A stretch of DNA of 64,000 bases from an uncultured virus (IMG/VR IMGVR_UViG_3300028025_000094) (taxonomy: Duplodnaviria; Heunggongvirae; Uroviricota; Caudoviricetes), in the IMG/VR virus record IMGVR_UViG_3300028025_000094; one strand, 5' to 3'. The position numbers and the translations under genes are program-made. The number at the start of each line of letters is the position of its first letter. Position 1 is the stretch's first letter. The notes under the pieces were generated by a model. That model was not told the DNA's origin. It saw only the letters and a list, made by a program, of their open reading frames with translations, and did no database searches. Positions 21,472 to 30,464 of the stretch are shown here, piece by piece.

Positions 21472-23065
21472 TCTACCAATCAATCCTAAGTTATCTGAAA
21501 CGCAGTTCTTAGAGTTTGTAGACTTTTGCATTACTTATAAAGACTACATTTCAGATTTGTATTTTACGTGCAGGGTTGCTCCGTTTACTCAGGATGCAAT
21601 GGGCGATGTTTTTGTTTCAGCAGACGATCCTCAGTACATGATTGATGTAGCACTACATATTCAGGAAAGAACAGGAATTACAGCTTCAGCAACTTTTAAT
21701 AACATTTCGATTAGACCAACCCAGGAGAATCTAGATCTTTGGATTGAGTCATTTAAACCTTTATATGCTAAAGGTATTCGCCTGTGTACTTTACCTTTTA
21801 ATCATTGGCTTTTAACTGGTCAGATCCAAAAGGAGTTTCCAGAATTAGAAGTTAGAGCTTCTATTCTAATGGACACAAAAACGCCAACAGATGCTTACAA
21901 TGTGGTAACAAGCGGTTTTCATTCTGTGTGTATCGATCGAGCTTTAATGAGAGATCAGGATGCAATAAGAAGTATAGTTAAGATAAAACGTAAAAATCCT
22001 TTTAAACTTGTTTTATTAGCTAATGAGGGATGCCTGGGTAAGTGTCCGGTAATGTCTGAGCATTACCATTATAACAATACCAGAACAACAGATAGTCAGT
22101 ATTTTAATAATCCAATCAGTAGGGTATCTTGTCCTAAATGGGATGTTACTAATAAAGCTGTTGTATTAAAGACTGCAGATATTCCTGCTTGGAAAGAAGA
22201 CTGGGATGAATTTCTTGATATGGGTGTAGATATCTTTAAAATGCATGGCAGAGAAAATGTCAAAAAGATATATGAGTCTATGGAGATTATCCGGAACTAT
22301 GCGGGCGGAAAGACTATGCTTTATGACATAGATCTTAAGATCGGTGAAGATGATGCTAGTAAGTGGAGAAGAATTATTAAGACCTGTAAGTTTGAATGTT
22401 GGAGTTGTAATTTTTGCGATAGAATAGCTGGAGGTGAGTTAAATAACAAAGCTGTCAGTGTTGCAAATGCTTTGGTTACTAGTGTTAATTCAAACTTTGA
22501 AACATCGGTGTCTGGACTATCCAGTCCCAGAATTGATAAGTTGTTAAACGAGCTTGGTAAAATCTCAACAACATACTTAGAAGTTGGATGTCTTAGTGGT
22601 AGGACTTTCTCTAGTACTATTGCGGGTAATAACCTCAATGCCTATGCTGTAGATAACTGGAAAGAGGGGGTAGCTGCAGAGAACGGATCCATCAATATAA
22701 CCGTCACCAGAGATGATTTTGTTCAGAACATTCTACCTTATAAGGGGGAGAATAAAATTAAGGTCTTTAATTGTGACTTTATTGATGTAGATAAGACTAA
22801 TATTAAAGATGTAGATCTATTTCTTTATGATGGGGATCATTCATTCGAAAGTACCAAACTAGCTGTGGAATACTTTGCTGACACCTTTGCAGAAGAGTGC
22901 ATTCTAATCTTTGATGATGCTAATTGGGATGGTGTGGTAAACGGGGCTATCGCAGGAATTCAGAAAGCTGGTCTAACTATTCAGTATGAGAAAAAAATGC
23001 TAAATGAGATAGAGGATGAGAGGATGTGGTGGAATGGATTATATATAGTGATAGTTAAAAAATAA
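21455..23065 (+). CDS. Peptidase-U32-like Fe-S protein fused to a class I SAM methyltransferase (Methyltransf_24-like)
   Basis: NEGCLGKCP, VSCPKW, FKMHGRE, CKFECWSCNFC; C-terminal YLEVGCLSG, LFLYDGDH, IFDDANW. Confidence 0.7.
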   Translation: MAKIFSLPINPKLSETQFLEFVDFCITYKDYISDLYFTCRVAPFTQDAMGDVFVSADDPQYMIDVALHIQERTGITASATFNNISIRPTQENLDLWIESFKPLYAKGIRLCTLPFNHWLLTGQIQKEFPELEVRASILMDTKTPTDAYNVVTSGFHSVCIDRALMRDQDAIRSIVKIKRKNPFKLVLLANEGCLGKCPVMSEHYHYNNTRTTDSQYFNNPISRVSCPKWDVTNKAVVLKTADIPAWKEDWDEFLDMGVDIFKMHGRENVKKIYESMEIIRNYAGGKTMLYDIDLKIGEDDASKWRRIIKTCKFECWSCNFCDRIAGGELNNKAVSVANALVTSVNSNFETSVSGLSSPRIDKLLNELGKISTTYLEVGCLSGRTFSSTIAGNNLNAYAVDNWKEGVAAENGSINITVTRDDFVQNILPYKGENKIKVFNCDFIDVDKTNIKDVDLFLYDGDHSFESTKLAVEYFADTFAEECILIFDDANWDGVVNGAIAGIQKAGLTIQYEKKMLNEIEDERMWWNGLYIVIVKK

Positions 23066-23088
23066 AATCTTTGTCCCCAGAATAATTT

Positions 23089-23115
23089 GAAACAATCCAC
23101 ACAAAAAATCTAAAA
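23089..23115 (+). promoter_or_regulatory. Putative ECF-sigma-like promoter GAAAC-N15-TCTAAAA
   Basis: Bipartite motif recurring upstream of non-structural genes. Confidence 0.6.
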
Positions 23116-23135
23116 TAAATAACATTAAAAAGAAT

Positions 23136-23588
23136 ATGGTAAAGACAAAATTAAAACTAATCGAAATTTCAGGTCTCTCTGAAGAAATTCATGGATTACA
23201 AGATCGTCAAACTGGTGAGAAGGTACAAAACGGTTTACTTGATGAGAAGTTAAGTTTAGTCCAAAAATACTGGTTGACCGATTTGGGAAAGAAAACCAAA
23301 GAGGTAGTTGACGAGGTTGAGCCTTTAAGAAACGAGGTAATCTCTAAATACGGAACAACTACACCAGACGGAGGAATTGGAATCTCTGCTATCATTGAAG
23401 AAAAGAACGAGGAAGGTGTGGTTGTCTCAAGAACACCAAATCCAAATTGGGATTTATTCAACAAAGAATATTCGGATCTAATGGCACAAGAAAGAGACAT
23501 TGAGCATCAGGAATTTGCGTTAAATGACTTTACTGACGTTAAATCTGAAAACAGATACGCAATTTTCCAGACCCTATTGAAGCCTTAA
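23136..23588 (+). CDS. Hypothetical protein
   Basis: 150-aa ORF with its own putative promoter and terminator. Confidence 0.75.
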   Translation: MVKTKLKLIEISGLSEEIHGLQDRQTGEKVQNGLLDEKLSLVQKYWLTDLGKKTKEVVDEVEPLRNEVISKYGTTTPDGGIGISAIIEEKNEEGVVVSRTPNPNWDLFNKEYSDLMAQERDIEHQEFALNDFTDVKSENRYAIFQTLLKP

Positions 23589-23607
23589 TCCGTCCTAAGA
23601 AATACCT

Positions 23608-23638
23608 AAAAGTCTTGCAGAAATGCAAGGCTTTTTTT
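23608..23638 (+). terminator. Intrinsic terminator
   Basis: AAAAGTCTTGCA-GAAA-TGCAAGGCTTTT followed by a T run. Confidence 0.85.
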
Positions 23639-23664
23639 GTGCGATATGGATCCTTTGACATAGG

Positions 23665-23672
23665 GATATATA
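23665..23672 (+). promoter_or_regulatory. Putative late promoter GATATATA
   Basis: 20 nt upstream of 23693. Confidence 0.7.
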
Positions 23673-23692
23673 AATCAAAAGAATAGCACTTA

Positions 23693-26638
23693 ATGTCAGG
23701 GTACAAAGTTTCCAACACCGATGGTATAATAATGGTTTCAGATGGCAAGGGTTTAAGTATTCCTGTTGTTAATGGAATAGAAAACGCTTCAGGTTCTGTC
23801 CCTGCAGGTTCTATCATTTACGATACATCAACACAACAGATCTATAGATATAATGGATCGGCCTGGTTAAGTGCTGCCGGATCATCAGGTACTTCGGGTT
23901 CTTCAGGAAACACAGGAACTGCGGGTACTTCAGGTACTGCTGGTTCTACGGGTACTTCGGGTACCGCTGGAACTGGGGGTTCTTCTGGAACTAGTGGAAC
24001 CTCGGGAAGTTCAGGATCTGGGGGGACATCAGGGAGCTCAGGTTCATCAGGAAATACGGGATCTTCTGGAACATCAGGGTCTACTGGATCCTCTGGTAGC
24101 ACAGGTACTTCTGGTACCTCTGGTTCATCAGGTAGTTCGGGATCATCTGGATCTAGCGGAGCAAATGGATCATCAGGATCATCAGGATCAACCGGTACCT
24201 CTGGATCATCAGGGGTTAGCGTTCCTGGGGGTTTTAGTATCCAATACGGTGCTACAAATCTTAATTCAACTACATATACAAGCGGGCAAATATCGTACAG
24301 CAGCGCGAGTCTAATAACAAATAACGGGGATCTGATAATATCAGGTACCGATGGAAATTCCAATGTCATTCAGAATGGTACAAGTGCAACTGTACTTGAT
24401 AGTTTGATTGCTGCAGTTACGGCAGGAGGAACTACAATTCTGAGAATTTTTGAAGCAGGGGATTCTTCCAAGAGCAACTATTACACATTTTCTTCTTTTG
24501 CTAAGAGAACCACTCCAACAAATACTGATGCTATTTTTAATACCCTAACCTATATTGGTGGGTCGGGAACAACCACATTCTCCAAGCCCTGCATATCGAT
24601 TGATGTTGCAGGATCCAGAGGAACGTCAGGAACATCAGGAAGTTCCGGGTCAACAGGAACCTCAGGAACCTCAGGTTCTTCTGGAAGTAGTGGATCTAGC
24701 GGGCAAAGTGGTGCAGCGGGTAGTTCAGGGTCCAGCGGATCTTCAGGAAGTTCTGGGTCAACAGGAACATCGGGTTCCTCTGGTAGCTCCGGATCTTCTG
24801 GACAAAGCGGTGCAGCAGGTAGTTCGGGGTCCAGTGGATCCTCTGGTCAGTCAGGAGCTGCTGGTTCCTCTGGTAGTTCGGGATCGTCTGGGCAATCGGG
24901 AGCAGTAGGATCTAGTGGAACATCAGGATCATCCGGGAGTTCTGGCACTAGAGGTTCCTCCGGTAGCTCTGGATCTTCTGGACAAACTGGGGGAGCTGGA
25001 TCTTCTGGATCTTCGGGATCAAGCGGACAAACAGGAGCTGTCGGGTCTAGTGGATCGTCAGGATCTTCTGGTCAGAGCGGTGCAGCAGGTTCTTCTGGAT
25101 CTTCTGGTCAGAGCGGTGCAGCGGGTTCTTCTGGATCTTCTGGTCAAACCGGCGGTGCAGGTTCTTCTGGGTCGAGTGGGTCTTCTGGACAAACAGGAGG
25201 TGCTGGATCTTCTGGTACATCCGGAACATCTCCGGCTGCAGCTTTATCAACGGATATTGATTCCGAACAAACTATTGGGGGTAAAGTTTATTATTTTAAT
25301 AATGGTGCTGGAAGAATAAATTTAGATCCAAGATGGAATGAAAGTGGATATGATGCTGGTTTAGGATGTCTGCACTTATGGTCCTGGACAGCTGCTGGAG
25401 TGGCTTATGGTAGAGCGGGTATAGCATTTTATAGTGATACTGCATATCAATATTTAACCACAAAAAGTAACACAACAGGACTTTATGTAAATAATAGCTT
25501 AATATTAACCGCTAGTAACTATAATTCCTACGCACCTACCTTAACAGGAACAGGAGCAAGCGGCAGTTGGGGAATTAATGTTACGGGTAGTGCAGGTAGT
25601 ACAAGTTATTTAAGTACATTAGGTAGCTATGTTCAGAATGCATCTACAGCCGCAACTTCTCTTTTTTTAGGAATAACATCTTCTTTTGTATCAAGTGCAG
25701 AAGGTTGGCCGGACTATGGTTCTTTAATGACAGTTATGACCTATTCGGGAGGGGGAGGTACACTTCAGCTATACACCCCTTATTCTACAATTTATGGTGG
25801 TTCAAGATTAAGATATAGGTCATCAGATTACAACACAGGAACTTGGACAGGTTTTAAGTCTTTATTAAACGATATTGCTGATCCGTACGCTTATAATATG
25901 AATCAGTATGTAAGAACCACCGATAGTCCATCATTTAGTGGTTTAAGGGTAAACAGTAATACAACAACAGGTACAACTGCAGGTGTCGTAAATTTAGGAA
26001 CAACAGCTGACCCATCAGATATAGCTAACACAAGTATAGTTGGCTTAACGTGGGGATTAAGAGGAGATAGTCAGCCATATTATATGGTACGTTCTAATAA
26101 AATGACCTATGGAGGATATACTTACAACAGATTAGATTTATCCTGGCATACTGGTATTGTAATAGGTGCAGCTACCACATATGGCGGAATTAGATTTTGG
26201 AATAACTCAACTAATATTGGTTCTTTAATAGCATCTATTGGTGATGGAGATAATAATATGAGAAGCACAGCTGATATAATAGCTTATGCTTCCGATAAAC
26301 GTTTAAAGGAAAACATTACTAATATTCCAAATGCTTTAGATAAAATCAAACAAATAAATGGGGTTTACTTTGATTGGAAAGATAAAACTAAAGAACTAGG
26401 ATTTAACCCATCGCAAAAGAATGATGTGGGAGTTATAGCTCAAGAAATTCAAGCTATATTACCTGAGGTAGTAACATTAGCACCATTTGACTATGAATTA
26501 GGAAAATCAAAATCCGGTGAAAACTATTTGACAGTTAAATACGATAAATTAGCACCTCTATTTATAGAAGCAATCAAAGAACTAAACCAAAAAGTAGAAG
26601 ACCAACAAAAGATCATCAACGATCTACTCAGAAGATAA
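23693..26638 (+). CDS. Tail fibre 4 with S74 chaperone
   Basis: Shared N-anchor; GSS repeats; ASDKRLKEN...VGVIAQEIQ. Confidence 0.85.
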   Translation: MSGYKVSNTDGIIMVSDGKGLSIPVVNGIENASGSVPAGSIIYDTSTQQIYRYNGSAWLSAAGSSGTSGSSGNTGTAGTSGTAGSTGTSGTAGTGGSSGTSGTSGSSGSGGTSGSSGSSGNTGSSGTSGSTGSSGSTGTSGTSGSSGSSGSSGSSGANGSSGSSGSTGTSGSSGVSVPGGFSIQYGATNLNSTTYTSGQISYSSASLITNNGDLIISGTDGNSNVIQNGTSATVLDSLIAAVTAGGTTILRIFEAGDSSKSNYYTFSSFAKRTTPTNTDAIFNTLTYIGGSGTTTFSKPCISIDVAGSRGTSGTSGSSGSTGTSGTSGSSGSSGSSGQSGAAGSSGSSGSSGSSGSTGTSGSSGSSGSSGQSGAAGSSGSSGSSGQSGAAGSSGSSGSSGQSGAVGSSGTSGSSGSSGTRGSSGSSGSSGQTGGAGSSGSSGSSGQTGAVGSSGSSGSSGQSGAAGSSGSSGQSGAAGSSGSSGQTGGAGSSGSSGSSGQTGGAGSSGTSGTSPAAALSTDIDSEQTIGGKVYYFNNGAGRINLDPRWNESGYDAGLGCLHLWSWTAAGVAYGRAGIAFYSDTAYQYLTTKSNTTGLYVNNSLILTASNYNSYAPTLTGTGASGSWGINVTGSAGSTSYLSTLGSYVQNASTAATSLFLGITSSFVSSAEGWPDYGSLMTVMTYSGGGGTLQLYTPYSTIYGGSRLRYRSSDYNTGTWTGFKSLLNDIADPYAYNMNQYVRTTDSPSFSGLRVNSNTTTGTTAGVVNLGTTADPSDIANTSIVGLTWGLRGDSQPYYMVRSNKMTYGGYTYNRLDLSWHTGIVIGAATTYGGIRFWNNSTNIGSLIASIGDGDNNMRSTADIIAYASDKRLKENITNIPNALDKIKQINGVYFDWKDKTKELGFNPSQKNDVGVIAQEIQAILPEVVTLAPFDYELGKSKSGENYLTVKYDKLAPLFIEAIKELNQKVEDQQKIINDLLRR

Positions 26639-26657
26639 ACCCCTTCCTTTATTTAGT

Positions 26658-26665
26658 GATATATA
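26658..26665 (+). promoter_or_regulatory. Putative late promoter GATATATA
   Basis: 21 nt upstream of 26687. Confidence 0.7.
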
Positions 26666-26686
26666 AAAAGAATATAAAACTAAATT

Positions 26687-27136
26687 ATGGCAGTAAAGAT
26701 CACAACCAATATCGGAACAGATCTCGGTATTACAAATGAGGCCTACGTAAGAATAGCAGATTACAATCTTTCTAAAAACGGAGGTGGAGCAAATTTCAGA
26801 CTTGAAATTTTTCAATCCCAAGAAGATGCATCTTCATCAGCAGGACCAATGACCACCGGAAGAGTAGCTAGAAATCAACAAATAGGTGAAACCCTTTATG
26901 TTTCTTTTTGGAAAACTATCGAGACCGAAGTTACTAAGACCCGACCAGTAATGGCAATGGGAACATCAGGTTCTTCTGGTTCTGAACCAACGATGGAGGA
27001 ATACCAAGAAACTGTTATCACATCTGAAGTAGATTTCTCAGCAGCGGAAGCAACCAATATTTTTGCATTTGGTTACTCTGAATTAAAGAAAAAATTAAAA
27101 ACTTTATTTGGAGATTCAAACGTGGTTGATTGCTAA
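26687..27136 (+). CDS. Small tail-associated hypothetical protein with a single GTSGSSGS patch
   Basis: 149 aa between fibre genes, preceded by the late-type octamer. Confidence 0.7.
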   Translation: MAVKITTNIGTDLGITNEAYVRIADYNLSKNGGGANFRLEIFQSQEDASSSAGPMTTGRVARNQQIGETLYVSFWKTIETEVTKTRPVMAMGTSGSSGSEPTMEEYQETVITSEVDFSAAEATNIFAFGYSELKKKLKTLFGDSNVVDC

Positions 27137-27162
27137 TTTTTAAATAACAATATTAAGAGGGA

Positions 27163-30100
27163 ATGTCAGGTTATAAAATAACGAACACCGATGGGATTAT
27201 ACTAAGCGCTGATAACAAAGGTGCAGTTATACCTAGTACAACCTCTATTAGTAATGCCTCTACAAACGTCCCAGAAGGCAGTATCATCTATGCAATTGAT
27301 ACCAAACAGATCTACAGATTTAATGGTACCAATTGGCTAATTGCAGCTGGAACGTCAGGAACAGCAGGAGCAAACGGAAACAGTGGATCTTCTGGGACAT
27401 CAGGTTCTTCTGGATCCTCTGGAACCTCGGGTTCTTCGGGAACTTCGGGTTCTTCAGGATCTTCCGGATCTACTGGTACTTCTGGTTCGTCTGGATCCAG
27501 CGGAGCTAGTGGTTCTTCGGGATCTTCCGGATCTACAGGAACCTCTGGATCCTCCGGATCTTCCGGATCTACAGGAACCTCTGGATCCTCCGGATCAACT
27601 GGATCTTCGGGAAGTTCGGGATCTTCCGGATCAACTGGAACTTCTGGTTCTTCGGGAAGTTCAGGAAGTTCAGGAGCAGCTATCCCTGGGGGATTTTCAA
27701 TTTTGTATTCAGGAACTAATCTAAGTTCAACTACGTATACAGCTGGACAAATATCTTATTCATCTGCAAGTTTAACTACTAATAGCGGGGATTTAAGAAT
27801 ATCGGGTACCGACGGAAACAGTGTAGTTATACAAAACGGATCTACCGCTACTGTTTTAGATAGACTTATCACCGTTGCTGGTACAGGTTCGGCTGGACAC
27901 ACTCTAAGAATTTTCGAAAGAGGTAATTCTGCTAAGGTAAATTTCTATTCATACACAACTTTTACTAAGAGAACAACCCCAACCAACACTGATGCTATTT
28001 TCAGTTCCTTAACTTATTTAGGTGGATCCGGTGAAAGCACGTTTACCAATCCAACCATTGCACTTGAAATAGCAGGTGCTGCAGGATCTAGTGGATCATC
28101 TGGATCTAGTGGACAATCAGGCGCTGCTGGTTCAAGTGGATCTTCAGGTTCTTCTGGTAGTACAGGATCGTCAGGTTCTTCTGGACAAACCGGAGGTGCG
28201 GGTTCGTCTGGTAGTTCTGGATCCTCTGGTCAAAGTGGAGCAGCAGGTAGCTCTGGATCATCTGGTCAAACAGGGGGTACAGGTTCATCAGGTAGTTCGG
28301 GATCTAGTGGTCAATCTGGTGCTGCGGGTAGTTCAGGTAGTTCAGGTTCTTCCGGACAAACTGGTGGTTCAGGATCCTCTGGTAGTTCAGGATCATCTGG
28401 ACAAACAGGAGGGGCAGGTTCATCAGGTAGTTCAGGATCTAGTGGTCAAACTGGAGGTGCAGGATCCAGCGGTACTTCTGGGACATCTCCAAGTGCAGCA
28501 GCGTACGTAGCTAAAGCTGGAGATACAATGACTGGTAATCTTACTATTAATTCGAGCGGAGCTTATCCATTAAGAATTTCATCAACACAAAGATATCAAC
28601 TGCAGGTATTAAACTCTAACAATACTGTAAATTCCGGATATGGATGGTGGTGGTTTACTGATACCAATTTTAATATGGGATTCCATGCAGATGGCGCAGC
28701 AGACAGATTCACATTAACAAGAGATGGAAATTTAACAATAACAGGGACTATAGGGGCTTCTAATTTTAGTGGAACTTCAAGTGGTACAAATACCGGTGAT
28801 CAATCAAGTGTTAGTGGTAATGCAGGGAGTGTGACCCATAATGCAAGTAGAACAGATAGCACCTCTTATAATGTTGGATGGTTCACAGGAGCAAGTTCAC
28901 CAGCTTATTCTTGTAATGCCGTACAAATCCAATCTAGCACAGGAACGTTAGCTGCAACTAATCTTACGGGAACATTAAAACAAAGATATAGTTCGACCGG
29001 TACACGCATGCATAATCCTCCCGGGGGCACCCTCACGACTATAGCATCTTCGCAAACCGGGGCATTAACTATCACAATGCCTAAAATGCCGGATGTGATG
29101 ATGAGCTTTTGGGTTGATGTTTATGACTATGCAGCTAATACTACTTTTTCTGTCTTTGTCTCTGGCTATCCATATTCATCTGCTGGTATATGGAGTAATA
29201 CCAGTGCTATGATACTTGGTGCAGTCAGCAGACAATTCACGGTTAGATTTGGGGGATCAGCAGATAATACAAAATCAATAGTTTATATAGGGGAGACTGG
29301 TACAGTATGGAATTATCCACAGGTTCAGGTTCGTGATGTTCTAATAGGTTATAATGCATTAACAGCAAACGTTGATGGAATAGATTGGGCTATAAGTTAT
29401 TCGACCTCTTTATTAAACGTGTCAGTTTCAAGAACTGATGTTTTACCCTATGCTTCTAATGCAAACACCCTTGGTGGTTATTCTGCATCGGGAACTGTTG
29501 GGGCAAATACTGTTGTAATAAGAGATGCTAATGGTTACATATACGCAAATTATATTAACTCGAATGTTTCTGAAACAGAGAACCCAACTATAAACTCATT
29601 CTATACAAGTAACGGAGATGGTTGGTTAAGAAAATCTTCAGTAGCTCATGTCAAGTCCCAATTGGGTCTAGGAACTATGGCTTACGCAGCAACATCATCG
29701 TACGTTGCTAAGTCTGGTGACACGATGACAAGTACCCTAACCATGAGTATAGGATCTGGATCGGGTAATTCAGGAACAAACGGGATTTACATATCACAAG
29801 CTGTTCTTGATAACACACATCAGTATGCACTTTATATGTACGAGAATGGGGGTCAGGCAACAGGATACCAGGACATCGCTTGGTATAACGGTAACCAGTC
29901 ATACTTTAAGGCGAGAATGTATACCCAGGTAGGAGGCGGTTATGCAAACACTAGATTTATTCTTGATGTTGCAGATAATGCAAGAACCCTTGCAACTAGA
30001 CTTTATTTTGATAATGGATCCGCTTATTTCAGTGGTGATGTTGTAGCATATTCATCCGATAAGAGATTAAAAGAAAATGTAATACCAATAGGAGATTCTT

Positions 30101-30444
30101 TGAATAAGATCAAACAAATATCAGGAGTATATTTTGACTGGAAGGACAAGGTAGAAGGAACTGATTTTGTACCTGCACAAAAGCATGACGTTGGGGTTAT
30201 TGCCCAGGACGTTCAAAAGATTCTTCCAGAGGTTGTTACTCTAGCCCCCTTTGATACAGATTCTTATGGAAAGTCTAAATCTGGTGAAAATTACCTCACA
30301 GTCAAATACGATAAATTAGTACCTCTACTTATCGAAGCTGTCAAAGAACAACAGACTCAAATCGAGTCCCAAAAATCACAAAACGAAGAATTAATCAAAC
30401 GTATCGAGACATTAGAATCTATCCTACAAAACAAAGGTATATAA
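27163..30444 (+). CDS. Tail fibre 5 with S74 chaperone
   Basis: Shared N-anchor; SSDKRLKEN...VGVIAQDVQ. Confidence 0.85.
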   Translation: MSGYKITNTDGIILSADNKGAVIPSTTSISNASTNVPEGSIIYAIDTKQIYRFNGTNWLIAAGTSGTAGANGNSGSSGTSGSSGSSGTSGSSGTSGSSGSSGSTGTSGSSGSSGASGSSGSSGSTGTSGSSGSSGSTGTSGSSGSTGSSGSSGSSGSTGTSGSSGSSGSSGAAIPGGFSILYSGTNLSSTTYTAGQISYSSASLTTNSGDLRISGTDGNSVVIQNGSTATVLDRLITVAGTGSAGHTLRIFERGNSAKVNFYSYTTFTKRTTPTNTDAIFSSLTYLGGSGESTFTNPTIALEIAGAAGSSGSSGSSGQSGAAGSSGSSGSSGSTGSSGSSGQTGGAGSSGSSGSSGQSGAAGSSGSSGQTGGTGSSGSSGSSGQSGAAGSSGSSGSSGQTGGSGSSGSSGSSGQTGGAGSSGSSGSSGQTGGAGSSGTSGTSPSAAAYVAKAGDTMTGNLTINSSGAYPLRISSTQRYQLQVLNSNNTVNSGYGWWWFTDTNFNMGFHADGAADRFTLTRDGNLTITGTIGASNFSGTSSGTNTGDQSSVSGNAGSVTHNASRTDSTSYNVGWFTGASSPAYSCNAVQIQSSTGTLAATNLTGTLKQRYSSTGTRMHNPPGGTLTTIASSQTGALTITMPKMPDVMMSFWVDVYDYAANTTFSVFVSGYPYSSAGIWSNTSAMILGAVSRQFTVRFGGSADNTKSIVYIGETGTVWNYPQVQVRDVLIGYNALTANVDGIDWAISYSTSLLNVSVSRTDVLPYASNANTLGGYSASGTVGANTVVIRDANGYIYANYINSNVSETENPTINSFYTSNGDGWLRKSSVAHVKSQLGLGTMAYAATSSYVAKSGDTMTSTLTMSIGSGSGNSGTNGIYISQAVLDNTHQYALYMYENGGQATGYQDIAWYNGNQSYFKARMYTQVGGGYANTRFILDVADNARTLATRLYFDNGSAYFSGDVVAYSSDKRLKENVIPIGDSLNKIKQISGVYFDWKDKVEGTDFVPAQKHDVGVIAQDVQKILPEVVTLAPFDTDSYGKSKSGENYLTVKYDKLVPLLIEAVKEQQTQIESQKSQNEELIKRIETLESILQNKGI
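30436..30443 (+). promoter_or_regulatory. Putative late promoter GGTATATA, overlapping the upstream stop codon
   Basis: 21 nt upstream of 30465. Confidence 0.55.
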
Positions 30445-30464
30445 GAGAATAGTTAAGTGTTTTA

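Noticed and set aside
21455..22450. U32 'collagenase' processing the collagen-like fibres
   Set aside because: Characterised U32 proteins are Fe-S hydroxylases, and the fibres have their own S74 autoproteases. Adjacency is the only support.
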